Assembly: GCA_002269645.1 (NCBI GenBank) | Contig: NIVC01004775.1 | Coordinates: 1 to 35,288, forward strand | Source of the DNA: Macrostomum lignano | Lineage: Eukaryota | DNA length: 35,288 bases | Direction: 5' to 3' | Part shown: piece after piece, positions 33,298-35,288 of the stretch | How positions within the stretch are numbered: position 1 is the first letter of the stretch | Layout of the letters: each line of letters begins with the position of its first letter | The notes under the pieces: model-generated | What the model was told of the DNA's origin: nothing | The model's database searches: none | What the model saw: the letters and a program-made list of their open reading frames with translations, nothing else | Translations under genes and position numbers: made by a program

Positions 33298-33529
33298 AGT
33301 CAGTCCGTCAGTCAGTCAGTCAGTCAGTCAGTCAGTCAGTCAGTCAGTCAGTCAGTCAGTCAGTCAGTCAGTCAGTCAGTCAGTCAGTCAGTCAGTCAGT
33401 CAGTCAGTCAGTCAGTCAGTCAGTCAGTCAGTCAGTCAGTCAGTCAGTCAGTCAGTCAGTCAGTCAGTCAGTCAGTCAGTCAGTCAGTCAGTCAGTCAGT
33501 CAGTCAGTCAGTCAGTCAGTCAGTCAGTC

Positions 33530-33561
<32 letters not shown>

Positions 33562-33577
33562 AGTCAGTCCGTCAGTC

Positions 33578-33609
<32 letters not shown>

Positions 33610-34307
33610 AGTCAGTCAGTCAGTCAGTCAGTCAGTCAGTCAGTCAGTCAGTCAGTCAGTCAGTCAGTCAGTCAGTCAGTCGTCAGTCAGTCAGTCCAGT
33701 CAGTCAGTCAGTCAGTCAGTCAGTCAGTCAGTCAGTCAGTCAGTCAGTCAGTCAGTCAGTCAGTCAGTCAGTCAGTCAGTCAGTCAGTCAGTCAGTCAGT
33801 CAGTCAGTCAGTCAGTCAGTCAGTCAGTCAGTCAGTCAGTCAGTCAGTCAGTCAGTCAGTCAGTCAGTCAGTCAGTCAGTCAGTCAGTCAGTCAGTCAGT
33901 CAGTCAGTCAGTCAGTCAGTCAGTCAGTCAGTCAGTCAGTCAGTCAGTCAGTCAGTCAGTCAGTCAGTCAGTCAGTCAGTCAGTCAGTCAGTCAGTCAGT
34001 CAGTCAGTCAGTCAGTCAGTCAGTCAGTCAGTCAGTCAGTCAGTCAGTCAGTCAGTCAGTCAGTCAGTCAGTCAGTCAGTCAGTCAGTCAGTCAGTCAGT
34101 CAGTCAGTCAGTCAGTCAGTCAGTCAGTCGTCAGTCAGTCAGTCAGTCAGTCAGTCAGTCAGTCGTCAGTCAGTCAGTCAGTCAGTCAGTCAGTCAGTCA
34201 GTCAGTCAGTCAGTCAGTCAGTCAGTCAGTCAGTCAGTCAGTCAGTCAGTCAGTCAGTCAGTCAGTCAGTCAGTCAGTCAGTCAGTCAGTCAGTCAGTCA
34301 GTCAGTC

Positions 34308-34339
<32 letters not shown>

Positions 34340-34355
34340 AGTCAGTCCGTCAGTC

Positions 34356-34387
<32 letters not shown>

Positions 34388-34595
34388 AGTCAGTCAGTCA
34401 GTCAGTCAGTCAGTCAGTCAGTCAGTCAGTCAGTCAGTCAGTCAGTCAGTCAGTCAGTCAGTCAGTCAGTCAGTCAGTCAGTCAGTCAGTCAGTCAGTCA
34501 GTCAGTCAGTCAGTCAGTCAGTCAGTCAGTCAGTCAGTCAGTCAGTCAGTCAGTCAGTCAGTCAGTCAGTCAGTCAGTCAGTCAGTCAGTCAGTC

Positions 34596-34627
<32 letters not shown>

Positions 34628-34691
34628 AGTCAGTCAGTCAGTCAGTCAGTCAGTCAGTCAGTCAGTCAGTCAGTCAGTCAGTCAGTCAGTC

Positions 34692-34723
<32 letters not shown>

Positions 34724-34866
34724 AGTCAGTCGTCAGTCAGTCAGTCAGTCAGTCAGTCAGTCAGTCAGTCAGTCAGTCAGTCAGTCAGTCAGTCAGTCAG
34801 TCAGTCAGTCAGTCAGTCAGTCAGTCAGTCAGTCAGTCAGTCAGTCAGTCAGTCAGTCAGTCAGTC
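33119..34866. repeat. (GTAA)n changing into about 1.7 kb of (GTCA)n microsatellite
   Basis: Direct observation, with occasional GTCC variants. Confidence 0.99.
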
Positions 34867-35176
34867 CCAAAGTAAAAACACGAATGCGTCGCAAGCCACA
34901 TTTCTAAGAATCCTTTTGGTTTTGCAAGTTAACTCTCAGAGCCCTGTTTAGACCCGAGTTTTCAAAGCAGGACAGGAAACACCTGCTACTAACGAGCCTC
35001 AAATTTTATTTATTGGAATTTGACCCATCCAAAACTAGCTGTCGGCAGCATCACAAAAAACAAATTGTTGGCAATACGGGAAATTTCGCTGCTTGCAAGG
35101 GATCCCAAATGATACATTTTTTGCCGGAAATCTGGTGTGATTTGGCCCCCTTCGATAAGCAAAAGAGTAGAGATTC

Positions 35177-35288
35177 GGAGAGAGTGGGAGTAAATTGGGG
35201 GGAGAGTGGGAGAGAGTGGGGAGAGTGGTGGATAGTGGGGGAGAGGGAGAGAGTGGGGATGAGGTGGGACAGTGAGAGAGAGTGGGGG
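35177..35288. repeat. Purine-rich GGAGAGAGTGG-like repeat running off the window end
   Basis: Direct observation. Confidence 0.7.

Overview
Intron-containing animal genomic DNA, not prokaryotic. GC-rich exons, satellite-filled introns and a tRNA/CORE-type SINE suggest a free-living flatworm such as Macrostomum, which is my inference and was not checked. Contents from left to right: (1) a 1.6-kb CpG-depleted stretch; (2) a complete 5-exon PIGS gene (GPI transamidase subunit PIG-S, 580 aa, + strand) with a different repeat in every intron; (3) a 1.9-kb DNA transposon with a RAG1/Transib/Chapaev-type DDE core, 303-bp inverted termini and a 4-bp TSD; (4) four copies of a two-exon gene for a secreted protein built as signal peptide, PAN/apple-like Cys domain, Thr-rich stalk and ALK/LTK-type glycine-rich domain. 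Two copies are intact and two have a broken exon 1. They are arranged direct, head-to-head and tail-to-tail, with an RTE-clade LINE, a SINE and minisatellites between them; (5) Penelope-like retroelement remnants sitting in microsatellites, with a minimal hammerhead ribozyme; (6) an orphan candidate exon followed by about 1.7 kb of (GTCA)n. No CRISPR arrays, rRNA genes or true tRNA genes were found. All homology calls come from motif recognition by eye; no database search was run.
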